Assembly (NCBI GenBank): GCA_038212275.1
Contig: JBBQUR010000004.1
Location: forward strand, 160,001-224,000
Origin: Planctomycetota bacterium
GTDB lineage: Bacteria; Planctomycetota; B15-G4
Reading direction: 5' to 3'
Length of the DNA stretch: 64,000 nucleotides
In this document: piece by piece, positions 26,562 through 39,809 of the stretch
Position numbering within the stretch: position 1 is the stretch's first letter
Layout of the letters: each line of letters begins with the position of its first letter
The notes under the pieces: model-generated
Databases searched by the model: none
The model's input: the letters and a program-made list of their open reading frames with translations, nothing else
Told to the model about the DNA's origin: nothing
Translations under genes and position numbers: made by a program

Positions 26562-27512
26562 TCAGCCGCGCGGATGAAAACGCTGGTGCACGGCGGCGAG
26601 GCGCTGGCGGTCCACGTGCGTGTAGATCTCGGTGGTGCCGATGTTCGCGTGGCCGAGCAGCTCCTGCACGGAGCGCAGATCGGCGCCGTGCTCGATGAGG
26701 TGCGTCGCGAAGGAGTGCCGCAGCATGTGCGGCGACATGCGCGGAAGGCCCAGTCGCGCCGCATGCGCCGACACGAGCCGGAAGATGCGATCGCGCGAGA
26801 GCCTCCCTCCGGAGCGCGAGAGGAAGAGCCATGCCGCGCCGGGTGCCCGCGCCTGCAGCGCCGGCCGCTCGCGCTGCAGGTAGAGCGACAGCGCGGCCTG
26901 AGCGGGGCGGCCCAGCGGCACGAGGCGATGCTTGCCCCGCTTGCCTTCGCAGCGCAGCACGTGGCCGTCGTCCACGAGGCTGTCCGTGCGCAGGTCGGCG
27001 ACCTCCGAGACGCGCGCTCCGGTGGCGTAGAGGACCTCGAGCAGCGCGCGGTCACGCAGCCCGTGGGCCGCCTCCGGATCCGGCGCCGCAAGGAGCCGCA
27101 GCACCTGCGCTTCGTCGAGCAGACGCGGCAGGTGACGGCTCGCGCGGGGCGTGGGGAGTTCGGCGCAGGGGTCGTGCGTCAGGCGGCGTTCCGAGATGAG
27201 GAAGCCGAACAATCCGCGCAGCGCCGCGAGCCGCCGGGCGATCGTCGCGGGCGCGCGGCCCGACTCCTGCTCCTCACGAAGAAAGGCGATGACCTCGGCC
27301 GTCTGCACCGACTCGGCCGTGAGCGCATGCCGCCCGCACCAGTCGCCGAAGCGCCGCAGGTCGCGGCCGTAGGCGGCCAGCGTGTGTGGCGACGCCGCCG
27401 CCTCGGTGCGCAGTTGCGCGAGGAAGGCTCGCGACTCGGCCTCCAGCGCGTTTCCTGTTGACTCCGGAGGGCCGTGCGCTATCTTCCGGCGCTCTTTGCG
27501 GTGGCTCGGCAT
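26562..27512 (-). CDS. xerD: Tyrosine recombinase XerD/XerC
   Basis: [50 protein letters not shown]-terminus typical of XerD. Confidence 0.88.
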   Translation of the reverse strand: MPSHRKERRKIAHGPPESTGNALEAESRAFLAQLRTEAAASPHTLAAYGRDLRRFGDWCGRHALTAESVQTAEVIAFLREEQESGRAPATIARRLAALRGLFGFLISERRLTHDPCAELPTPRASRHLPRLLDEAQVLRLLAAPDPEAAHGLRDRALLEVLYATGARVSEVADLRTDSLVDDGHVLRCEGKRGKHRLVPLGRPAQAALSLYLQRERPALQARAPGAAWLFLSRSGGRLSRDRIFRLVSAHAARLGLPRMSPHMLRHSFATHLIEHGADLRSVQELLGHANIGTTEIYTHVDRQRLAAVHQRFHPRG

Positions 27513-27650
27513 CTGCCTGCCATCGTAAGGAATGTCCTGCCAAGGGGTTAACCGGAATCATCGGCGCTCGTGGCAGGACCCGGCTTGGTTGAGACCGAGC
27601 TTGTGGCTGCCTGGTATGAGCACAGGTCCCCGCGTGGAAGCGTGAACCTC

Positions 27651-28658
27651 ATGGCAAAGAAGTCAGCGCAGAAGAAGCTCCCGACGAGCACCGTGGCCGC
27701 GCGGAAAGCCGCGCCGGCCGGAAGAGCGGCCGGCTCGTCACGCTCGAAGCCTGTCGCAGGCAGCAAGCCCGGCAAGGCAGCGGCCAAGCCGGTCGGTCAC
27801 CGCAAGGCGCCCGCACCCAAGTCGTCGTCCACCACGAAAACATCCCCGAAATCGTCCAAGGCGAAAGCACAGAACATGAGCACCAGGAAGCCGGGCACCG
27901 CGAAGGCAGATGCCGGCAAACAAGCCGCGCCGAAGAGCGCGCCGAAGAGCGCGCCGAAGTCGACAGCCGGCAAGGCAGCGGTCGGGTCGAAGACGTCGGC
28001 CGGAGGCAAGGCCCCGGCGGCCGCGGGCGCGGCGGGCGCCAAGGTCACGCCGGCGGGTCACGGCCAGGCGAACGGCGCCGTCGCGGCGCGGGGTTCGAAG
28101 TCGGCGGACGCCAGGACGCCGGCAGTGGCAGCGGGCAAGCCCGCTGCGGCGCCCTCCGGCAAGGCCGCCTCAGGCAAGCAAGGCGCTGCCAAGACCGGCA
28201 AGTCGGCTCGCGACGATGCGCGCTCGCCGGCCAACCTGGCGCGCGCTGCCATGCTGTCGGCCGAGAAGGCGCGCGAGGCAGCCAAGCCGAAGAAGAGCCC
28301 GTATCCCAAGGCGCAACTGGCGCCCATGCGCAAGGTGCTGCTCGAGTTGCGTACGCGCATCATCGGCGACATCAACCTCATGGAGAAGGAGGCGCTGCGC
28401 GCCGACGATGCCGATGTCGACGTCGAGAACGTCGCGGATCACGGCACCGATGCCTTCGAGCGCAACATGACGCTCGGACTCATGGAGGGCGAGGCGCGCA
28501 CGCTGCGGCTGATCGGCGAGGCGCTCGATGCGATCGAGGCCGGCCGCTACGGCCTGTGTTCCGCCTGCGGCGAGGCGATTCCGATCGCGCGCCTCGAGGC
28601 GCTGCCCTTCGCCGGCACCTGCATTCCCTGCCAGGAACAGCAGGAGCGCCGGATGTGA
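27651..28658 (+). CDS. dksA: TraR/DksA C4 zinc-finger protein with long Lys/Ala/Pro-rich N-terminus
   Basis: Coiled coil with ADHGTD tip; YGLCSACG...RLEALP...CIPC. Confidence 0.85.
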   Translation: MAKKSAQKKLPTSTVAARKAAPAGRAAGSSRSKPVAGSKPGKAAAKPVGHRKAPAPKSSSTTKTSPKSSKAKAQNMSTRKPGTAKADAGKQAAPKSAPKSAPKSTAGKAAVGSKTSAGGKAPAAAGAAGAKVTPAGHGQANGAVAARGSKSADARTPAVAAGKPAAAPSGKAASGKQGAAKTGKSARDDARSPANLARAAMLSAEKAREAAKPKKSPYPKAQLAPMRKVLLELRTRIIGDINLMEKEALRADDADVDVENVADHGTDAFERNMTLGLMEGEARTLRLIGEALDAIEAGRYGLCSACGEAIPIARLEALPFAGTCIPCQEQQERRM

Positions 28659-28731
28659 GTCTGCCGGACGTGACTCCTGCGCCTTCGACTCCGGCGGTGC
28701 AGCGGTCCTGGCGGCAGACGTGACGACGGCG

Positions 28732-29244
28732 ATGCACGCACCCGAGGAGACGGCCGGTTTCCGCGGCAAGCAGCTGGCGCTCGTGCTGGCGATCCTGATC
28801 GTGGCGCTCGACCTGTGGTCCAAGTCCGCCGTCTTCGCCGCGCTCTCCGACAACGAGCATGTCTGGCTCGCCGGCACGTGGTTCGGATTCACACCGGTGC
28901 TCAATCCCGGCATCATGTGGGGCGCGCTGCCCCAGCTCTCTGCCATGCTGCCGTGGTTGCGCGTGCTCGCGGCGGTCGTCGTCCTGCTGATGTTGCGCGG
29001 GGCTCCGCGCCGCGGCTGGCGGCTGCAGATCGCGCTCGGCCTCGTGCTCGGCGGCGCCATCGGCAACATCTACGACGGCTTCACGGTGGGGCAGGTCCGC
29101 GATTTCCTGCTCGTGGACCTGGACTTCCGGCCCTTCGATCCCTTCCCGGTCTTCAACGTCGCCGACAGCGCCATCTGCGTGGGCGTCGGCCTGCTCGCGC
29201 TGGGCCTGCTGTTCGACGAACCCGCGGCGACCGAGCCGCGCTGA
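28732..29244 (+). CDS. lspA: Lipoprotein signal peptidase II
   Basis: DLWSK, NPG, GGAIGNIYD, VRDF, FNVADSAI. Confidence 0.95.
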   Translation: MHAPEETAGFRGKQLALVLAILIVALDLWSKSAVFAALSDNEHVWLAGTWFGFTPVLNPGIMWGALPQLSAMLPWLRVLAAVVVLLMLRGAPRRGWRLQIALGLVLGGAIGNIYDGFTVGQVRDFLLVDLDFRPFDPFPVFNVADSAICVGVGLLALGLLFDEPAATEPR

Positions 29245-29291
29245 ACTTGCCCGCTTGGCTATGATGTCTCCGCTCCGGAGCGTCCTCATCC

Positions 29292-30254
29292 ATGTCACAC
29301 GTGCGATCACCCGTCACGCCGGCCGAATCCGCTGCCGACCTGATGGACCTCTCCGTCACGCTGGGCCCGCTGCGCCTCAAGAACCCGGTGATGACGGCGT
29401 CCGGCACGGCCGGCCTCGGGCTTGAGCTCGAGCCCTTTCTCGACCTCGCCGAGCCGGGCGCGGTGGTGGTCAAGACGCTCACGCGCAAGCCGCGTCGCGG
29501 CAATCCGATGCCGCGCCTGTGCGAAACGCCCTCGGGCCTGCTCAACAGCATCGGCCTGCCGAACAAGGGGCTCGATCATTTCATCGAGCACGTGCTGCCC
29601 AGGCTGCGAGGGCGCTGCAGCTGTCTCATCGTCAACATCGCCGGCACCTGCACGGGCGAGTTCGGCGAGATGGCCGCGCAGCTGGATCGCGCCGGCGGCG
29701 TGGATGCCCTCGAGCTGAACATCTCGTGTCCGAACGTCGAAGGCGGCGACCTGCCTTTCAGCCGCGATCCGGCCGTGGTGCACAAGCTGGTCAGCGACGT
29801 GCGTTCGGCCACCAGGCTGCCCGTCATCACCAAGCTCTCGCCCAATGTGTCGGACATCGCGGCCATCGCCCGCGCGGCCAAAGAGGGCGGCAGCGACGTG
29901 GTGTCGCTCATCAACACGCTCCTCGGCATGTCGGTGGACTGGCGCAGCGGGAAGCCCGGGCTCGGCACGACGGTGGGTGGACTGTCCGGACCCGCGGTGA
30001 AGCCCATCGCGCTGCGCATGGTCTGGGAGGTGTGTCGCAGCGTGAAGATTCCGGTGGTCGGCATCGGTGGCATCCGCGATGCCGACGACGCACTGGAGTT
30101 CCTGTGCGTCGGCGCCGGCGCGGTCCAGATCGGGACGAGCCACTACCGCACCCCGGACGTGATCCCGCGCGTGCTCGCCGCCATGCGCCAGCGACTGGCG
30201 GCCGCGGGCCGCTCCGACGTGCGCTCGATCATCGGCACCGTTCGGGCGGGATGA
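29292..30254 (+). CDS. pyrD: Dihydroorotate dehydrogenase, family 1B catalytic subunit
   Basis: NPVMTASGT, GNPMPR, NSIGLPN, ELNISCPN, KLSPN, GGLSGPAVKP. Confidence 0.95.
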   Translation: MSHVRSPVTPAESAADLMDLSVTLGPLRLKNPVMTASGTAGLGLELEPFLDLAEPGAVVVKTLTRKPRRGNPMPRLCETPSGLLNSIGLPNKGLDHFIEHVLPRLRGRCSCLIVNIAGTCTGEFGEMAAQLDRAGGVDALELNISCPNVEGGDLPFSRDPAVVHKLVSDVRSATRLPVITKLSPNVSDIAAIARAAKEGGSDVVSLINTLLGMSVDWRSGKPGLGTTVGGLSGPAVKPIALRMVWEVCRSVKIPVVGIGGIRDADDALEFLCVGAGAVQIGTSHYRTPDVIPRVLAAMRQRLAAAGRSDVRSIIGTVRAG

Positions 30255-30257
30255 TCC

Positions 30258-31109
30258 GTGCGCCTGGCGGACATGACGGTCGGGCTGCTTCGCCATGCCA
30301 TCAGGGTTTACGCGGAGGTCGCCTGGGCAGCCTCGACGATGCCGCCGGTCACGATCGACGGCGACGACAGCGACCCGCTGGAGCCGCGACTCGGCGCGCT
30401 CGTGGAGGCGGGCACTCTCGCCGACGAGACGCTGCGCACCGGCGACGTCGCGACGCGCATCTTCACGCTGCGCCTTGGCAATCCGCACTATCCGTTCATG
30501 AAGCTGGTGCTCCAGGAACACCTCGTCGAGGGGATGTTCTTCTTCAGCGTCGACACGCACGACCAGATGTTCGGCGGCGGGGAGGCCCAGGGGGCCGATC
30601 TGGATGAATTGCAGGAGCTGAAGCGCGCCAACCTCGCGCTCAAGGAAAAGATCGAACACGCCTGGGATGCCGCCGGGCTGCCCACGGCGGCGCACATCAA
30701 GGGCCTGGTCGAGACCTGGCCAACGCGGCCGGCGCCGCCCAACGGCCGTCACATCCTGCTGGTGGACAACGACTGCGACATCGCCGGCACGCTGGCGGTC
30801 CTGCTGCGGGCGCGCGGCTACGAAGTGACCGTGCTGGAGGATGGCAGCGATGCCGTGGAACGGGCCGACCCGGCCATCCACGACCTCATCCTCATGGACA
30901 ACGAGATGAAATATCTCGACGGCTGCCAGGCCTGCCGGGTGCTCAAGTCGCGCCCGGCCACCGCGAAGATTCCCGTGCTCATCGCCACGGCCGGAGCCCT
31001 GTCGTTGCAGCAGCTCGACACGGCGGACGGTTTCCTCGTCAAGCCCTTCCGGATGGAGCTGCTGTTCTCGATCCTGGATCACATGCTGGGAAGGGTGGAC
31101 AAGCTGTGA
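30258..31109 (+). CDS. Response regulator: uncharacterised N-terminal domain plus C-terminal receiver
   Basis: ILLVDND, DLILMDNEM, IATA, VKPF. Confidence 0.88.
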   Translation: MRLADMTVGLLRHAIRVYAEVAWAASTMPPVTIDGDDSDPLEPRLGALVEAGTLADETLRTGDVATRIFTLRLGNPHYPFMKLVLQEHLVEGMFFFSVDTHDQMFGGGEAQGADLDELQELKRANLALKEKIEHAWDAAGLPTAAHIKGLVETWPTRPAPPNGRHILLVDNDCDIAGTLAVLLRARGYEVTVLEDGSDAVERADPAIHDLILMDNEMKYLDGCQACRVLKSRPATAKIPVLIATAGALSLQQLDTADGFLVKPFRMELLFSILDHMLGRVDKL

Positions 31110-31171
31110 AAGAATCGCGCCCCCTCGCAGCCGCGCCTGCCGCGCGTAACCCCGCAGGAGAGTGTTGAGAC

Positions 31172-33948
<2,777 letters not shown>

Positions 33949-33952
<4 letters not shown>

Positions 33953-35256
33953 AGCCCGCGCGGTCGCGGCCGCGCGTCGTGATCTCGCACGCGGTCTACG
34001 ACGCGCTCGCGCTGCTGGCCTGCCTGGTGCTGCTGCCTGCGTGGCTGTGGCAGGCGCGTCGCGATGTCGAACGGCGCCGGTGGCTGCGCGAACGCTTCGG
34101 TCACCTGCCGGACGGAGCGCCCGCAGGTCATCCGGTGTGGGTGCATGCGGTGTCCGTGGGAGAAGTGAAGGCGGCGCGCTCGCTGCTGGCCACGCTGGCC
34201 GCATGCCAGCCACCGCCGCCGCTCGTTCTGAGCACGGCGACACTCACCGGTTACGCGACCGCGCGCTCGCTGTACCCGGACCTCTACGTCTTCCAGGCTC
34301 CGCTCGATCTCCGTCACGTCGTGCGCCGCGTCTTCGACCGGCTCGCACCGCGCGCTCTGCTGCTCGTCGAATTGGAGGCCTGGCCAGCCCTGCTGCGGGA
34401 GGCCGACGAGCGGCACGTGCCCATCGCGATCGTCAATGCTCGCATCACCGAGCGCAGCTTCCGTCGCTATCGGGCATGGCGCTGGTGGCTTCCCGAGTTC
34501 TTCCGCATTTCGCTCGTGGCGGCGCAGGATCGGCGCTGCGCGGACAGGCTCATGGAACTCGGCGTGGACCCGCGACGCGTCCACGTCACGGGGAACCTGA
34601 AGCACGACCAGAGCGCGGCGGCGCCGACTGCAGCGGTCGCGACGCTCGCGCGCGAACTCGGCCTCGACCGCGGCACACCCGTGTTCGTCGCCGGCAGCAC
34701 GCATGCAGGCGAGGAGGAACTCGTGCTCGCTGCCTGGCGCGCGCTGCGCCCGGACACTCCGTGCCGGCTCGTGCTCGTGCCACGTCACCCCGAGCGCGCC
34801 GCCGAGGTCGTGCGCATGCTGGGACGCGAGCGCGTGCCCTGCGTGCTGCGTTCGGTCGTCGACGCGACCCGGGACGCGTCGGCCGTGCTCGTCGCGGATC
34901 GCATGGGGGAGCTCGAAGCGCTGTTCGGAAGCGCGTCGGTGGTCTTTCTGGGCGGTTCGCTCGTGCCGGTGGGTGGGCACAACGTCCTCGAACCCGCGCT
35001 TGCCGGCTGTCCCGTGCTGGTGGGCCCGCACGTCGACAACTGCCGGGCGGAAGTCGAACTGCTGGCCGCGGCCGGCGGCCTGATCGTGGTGGAGGACGCG
35101 CCGGCGCTTGCGGCCCGGCTCGCCGCATTGCTGATGGATGAGGCAGGCCGCCGCGCGATGGGGGCCGCCGCCCGGACGGCCGCCGCCGGGCTGCGCGGGG
35201 CCGCGGCAGCAGACGTCCGGCTCCTCAGCGAAGCGGGCCTGTTGCAGGATCGCTGA
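33949..35256 (+). CDS. waaA: 3-deoxy-D-manno-octulosonic acid (Kdo) transferase
   Basis: WVHAVSVGE, GNLK, AGSTH, LVPRHPER, GGHNVLEPA; ATGA overlap with secA. Confidence 0.95.
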
Positions 35257-35448
35257 GACACTCGGCACCCTCGCGAACAGCGGGCATTGCAGCGCCCGAC
35301 CGCCGCTCGAGCGAATCCCCGGAATCCACGAACGCGTGGAACACCCCCCGTTTCATCGTGTACTCTGGACGACTCGCTTCAGAGTTCGAAGCGAGCCGAT
35401 CACGAGTCAACCCGATCACACCACGCCAGCGCAGGGAGTGCCTGTCCC

Positions 35449-36654
<1,206 letters not shown>

Positions 36655-36695
36655 AGGTCGAGCGCCCGGAGCGCCGCACGGAGGGAGCACTGACG

Positions 36696-37355
36696 ATGTC
36701 AGGTGAGAGCTTGCATGCACGCCGCGACACGGCGGGATTCTCGCTCATCGAGATCCTCGTGGTCATCGCGATCATCAGCCTGCTCGCCACGCTCGGCGTC
36801 CGTGCTGCGCTCAATGCCCGCGAGGCTGGAACCGTCACCAAGTGTCGGGACAACCTGCACCAGATCGGGCAGGTCATGCTGCTCTATCACGACCAGCGCA
36901 ACAAAGGGCACTGGCCGAAGGAGAGCGGCATCCGCTTCCTTCTGAAGTTGCACAGCGCCGGTGAACTCTCGAAGCGCAACTCCGAGACCTTCCTCTGCCC
37001 CGGCACGCAGGATGTGAATGACACAGGGAGCAGCGGCGAACCCGGGTCGTCCTATGACGACTGGGAAAGCCTGGACTCGAGTACGATCTCCTATGCCGGG
37101 CGCGACCAGCAGGGTTCGCCGATCAAGGGCAACAACCTGTCCGAAATCATCATCGCCGCCGACGACAACGAAGGTCGCGCCAATCACAGCTTCGTCACCA
37201 ACTACGTCTACGCCGATGGGTCGACGGACAGCTTCGACATCAAGAGCGACATCGGCATCTCCCTGCTCGCGGAAGATCCCGGCATGGAGAAGGGCGGACT
37301 GCCCGTCGGACCCGACAGTCCGTTCGAGCCGCTGCGCGTGCTGCGAGTCGATTGA
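36696..37355 (+). CDS. Prepilin-type N-terminal cleavage/methylation protein with H-X9-DG motif
   Basis: GFSLIEILVVIAII; C..NLHQIG; FLCP; H-SFVTNYVYA-DG. Confidence 0.88.
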   Translation: MSGESLHARRDTAGFSLIEILVVIAIISLLATLGVRAALNAREAGTVTKCRDNLHQIGQVMLLYHDQRNKGHWPKESGIRFLLKLHSAGELSKRNSETFLCPGTQDVNDTGSSGEPGSSYDDWESLDSSTISYAGRDQQGSPIKGNNLSEIIIAADDNEGRANHSFVTNYVYADGSTDSFDIKSDIGISLLAEDPGMEKGGLPVGPDSPFEPLRVLRVD

Positions 37356-37561
37356 GTCGACGCGTCGCGCGAGTCGATTCGATGGGGCATAGCCCCTTGT
37401 CGAGTTTCGAGGATGTGGAATACTGTGCCGACCCGAACGCGCGTTCCACATCAGAATGCTGAGCCGGCCTCCCGATAGGAGAACCGGTACTCCGCCGGCC
37501 TGCGCACTCGGTTCCCCCACCCCCTCCCCTGTCCCCGTCGTTTCCCGAGGAGTTTGATTCC

Positions 37562-39454
37562 ATGGCTCGATCCACCTTCCTCCTGCTGCCCCTGGCGGCG
37601 CTGGCGTTCGCACCTTTGGCGGGCGCGCAGACGTTCACCTACAACGCGGCTGCGTTGCCAGGCCAGGTCGCCATCTGGACCGACGGCGTGGCCATCGCCG
37701 ACGTGGACGGGGACGGTGACAACGACCTCATCTTCGCCAACGGCAGCGCGTACGGTGGTAATGGCGCCGCCGGCGCCGCCGTGCAGCAACTCTGGCTGAA
37801 CAACGGCAGCGGCGTCTTTGCCGCGGCGAACGGCAATCTGAACGTCGCCAACTTCAATGCGAAGATGGTCATCGCGCAGGACTTCGACAACGACGGCGAC
37901 CTCGACCTCTTCTATGCCTCGGGCAGCACGGGCAGCCCGCCGCGACTCCTGCTCAACCAGGGTTTCGCGCAGGCCGGCGTCCAGGGCGTCTTCGCCGACG
38001 TCACCTTGACCAACGTGCCCTCACTCGCTCTCAAGTCCTTCAGCGTCTGCGCCGGCGACGTGGACAACGACGGCGACCTCGATGTCGTCGTCAACGACGG
38101 CGGCACCTTCGGCGGCACGGCCTCCCAGGCGCGCCTGCTGCTGAACAACGGCTCGGCCGTCTTCACCGATGTCACCGCCTCCCAGATGCCGGTGGACCTC
38201 TACAACTGCCAGGACATCACGCTGCTCGACATCGACGGCGACTTCGACATCGACATCGCTCTCAACGGGAAGCAGGCGGCCGGTGGGCGTCTGTACCTGA
38301 ACAATGGCAGCGGCAGCTTCTCCGTCAGCACCATCCTGAACAGCGTCGGGACCAATCAGACCTACGAGACCGACTACGGCGACCTCGACGGCGACCATGA
38401 CTTCGACGCCGCGGTGCAGTCCATCTCCGGTGCGACGAGCGAGGGCTGGGCCCGCAATGACGGAACCGGCACGCCCTTCGTCGAGACCACCTTCCCGGCG
38501 CCGAACGGCGACGACGACAACGAGATGGCGATGCTCGACTACGACAACGACGGCGACCTCGACGTGTTCGTCGGTTCGCTCGGCGCTCGCGAGAAGGCCT
38601 ACCGCAACGACGGCGGTGTCTTCGTCAACGTGAACTCGATCATCCAGGCGGTGAGCGACCCCACACTCGACTTCGGCATCGGCGACCTGAATGCGGACGG
38701 CCGCTACGACATGGTCACGGGCCAGGGCGAGGGCGGCAGTTTCATCAACAAGGTCTACATGAACAGCGGTGCCGTGGACACGCTGCCTCCCGCCCTGCTC
38801 GCCTCCGAGACGCCGGTGATCTCCAACCCGACGACGGTGTTCCACATGCGCCTGTCGGATGCGATCGCCGACGACGGCACGACCAATGTCTCGATGACCT
38901 ACACCTGGAAGACGAGCCTGAACCCGGTGGGGGGCAACGGCACGAGCTTCCACATGGGCAACGGTCTCTTCCGTTCCCCGGTGCCGTCGGCCGTCGGCAC
39001 GACGTGGATCTGGATCAACTGCACCGCGACGGACTCGTCCGGAAACTCGGCCAGCTTCGGCCCGATCGTGATCGGCACGGCGCCGAATCCGTGGACCGAC
39101 ATCGGCTTCGGCCTTGCCGGCATCAGCGGCATCCCGTCGCTCGTCGGAACGGGCCCGCTGCTTCCGAGCACCGCCGGCACGATCACGCTGAGCAACGCGA
39201 AGCCCGCTTCGACGGCGCTGCTTTTCCTGTCGCTCGCCAGCACGCCGATTCCCTTCAAGGGCGGCACCCTGGCGGCGTTCCCGTTCATCGCCACGATCAC
39301 GCTTCCGACCGGCAGCGGCACGCTCGCGCTGCCGTACGTCTGGCCGACCGGCGTGCCGAACGGGCTGTCGGTCTACTTCCAGTTCGGTATCGGCGATCCG
39401 GCCGCCGACAAGGGCGTCTCGCTGAGCAACACCGAGCAGGCGATCGCGCAGTGA
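37562..39454 (+). CDS. Secreted FG-GAP/VCBS repeat (beta-propeller) protein with C-terminal beta domain
   Basis: Signal peptide ending AGA-Q; seven DxDxDGD/R-type repeats. Confidence 0.92.
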   Translation: MARSTFLLLPLAALAFAPLAGAQTFTYNAAALPGQVAIWTDGVAIADVDGDGDNDLIFANGSAYGGNGAAGAAVQQLWLNNGSGVFAAANGNLNVANFNAKMVIAQDFDNDGDLDLFYASGSTGSPPRLLLNQGFAQAGVQGVFADVTLTNVPSLALKSFSVCAGDVDNDGDLDVVVNDGGTFGGTASQARLLLNNGSAVFTDVTASQMPVDLYNCQDITLLDIDGDFDIDIALNGKQAAGGRLYLNNGSGSFSVSTILNSVGTNQTYETDYGDLDGDHDFDAAVQSISGATSEGWARNDGTGTPFVETTFPAPNGDDDNEMAMLDYDNDGDLDVFVGSLGAREKAYRNDGGVFVNVNSIIQAVSDPTLDFGIGDLNADGRYDMVTGQGEGGSFINKVYMNSGAVDTLPPALLASETPVISNPTTVFHMRLSDAIADDGTTNVSMTYTWKTSLNPVGGNGTSFHMGNGLFRSPVPSAVGTTWIWINCTATDSSGNSASFGPIVIGTAPNPWTDIGFGLAGISGIPSLVGTGPLLPSTAGTITLSNAKPASTALLFLSLASTPIPFKGGTLAAFPFIATITLPTGSGTLALPYVWPTGVPNGLSVYFQFGIGDPAADKGVSLSNTEQAIAQ

Positions 39455-39508
39455 GTCGAGCCGCAAGGCCCGACTGCTGATTGCCGCTTCCGGCTCTCGG
39501 CTTCGACA

Positions 39509-39545
39509 GAGGCCCCCGGACTCCGACACGGAGTCCGGGGGCCTC
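39509..39545 (+). terminator. Perfect 17-bp hairpin (likely terminator)
   Basis: GAGGCCCCCGGACTCCG-ACA-CGGAGTCCGGGGGCCTC, 55 bp after the stop; weak T-tract. Confidence 0.75.
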
Positions 39546-39569
39546 GCCGTTTCGCGAGGTATCGGTCAG

Positions 39570-39644
39570 CTCACCGGCGGTCGGCATGCCGGCGCGCGGA
39601 TCACCGGCGCGCCAATCACCGGCGCGCGGATCACAGGCGGGCTC
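39570..39644. repeat. About five degenerate 15-bp tandem units (ATCACCGGCGCGCGG)
   Basis: Units start at 39570, 39585, 39600, 39615 and 39630. Confidence 0.8.
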
Positions 39645-39809
39645 TCGCTGCTGGTGAGTGCCCTCACTCAGAAAGCGAAGACTGCATGGTGGAACACGCA
39701 ATCCTGGTGCATACTGCGTGAATATGCCGCCGCGCGGAACGACTCCGGCCCGCGACGCTCCGGCTTCAGCCAACCCTGTTCAGCAATCCACGACCCGGGG
39801 GCTCGCACC

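Noticed and set aside
26562..27512. Tyrosine recombinase as an integrase of a mobile element
   Set aside because: XerD-like length and C-terminus, housekeeping neighbours, no att sites, tRNA or cargo
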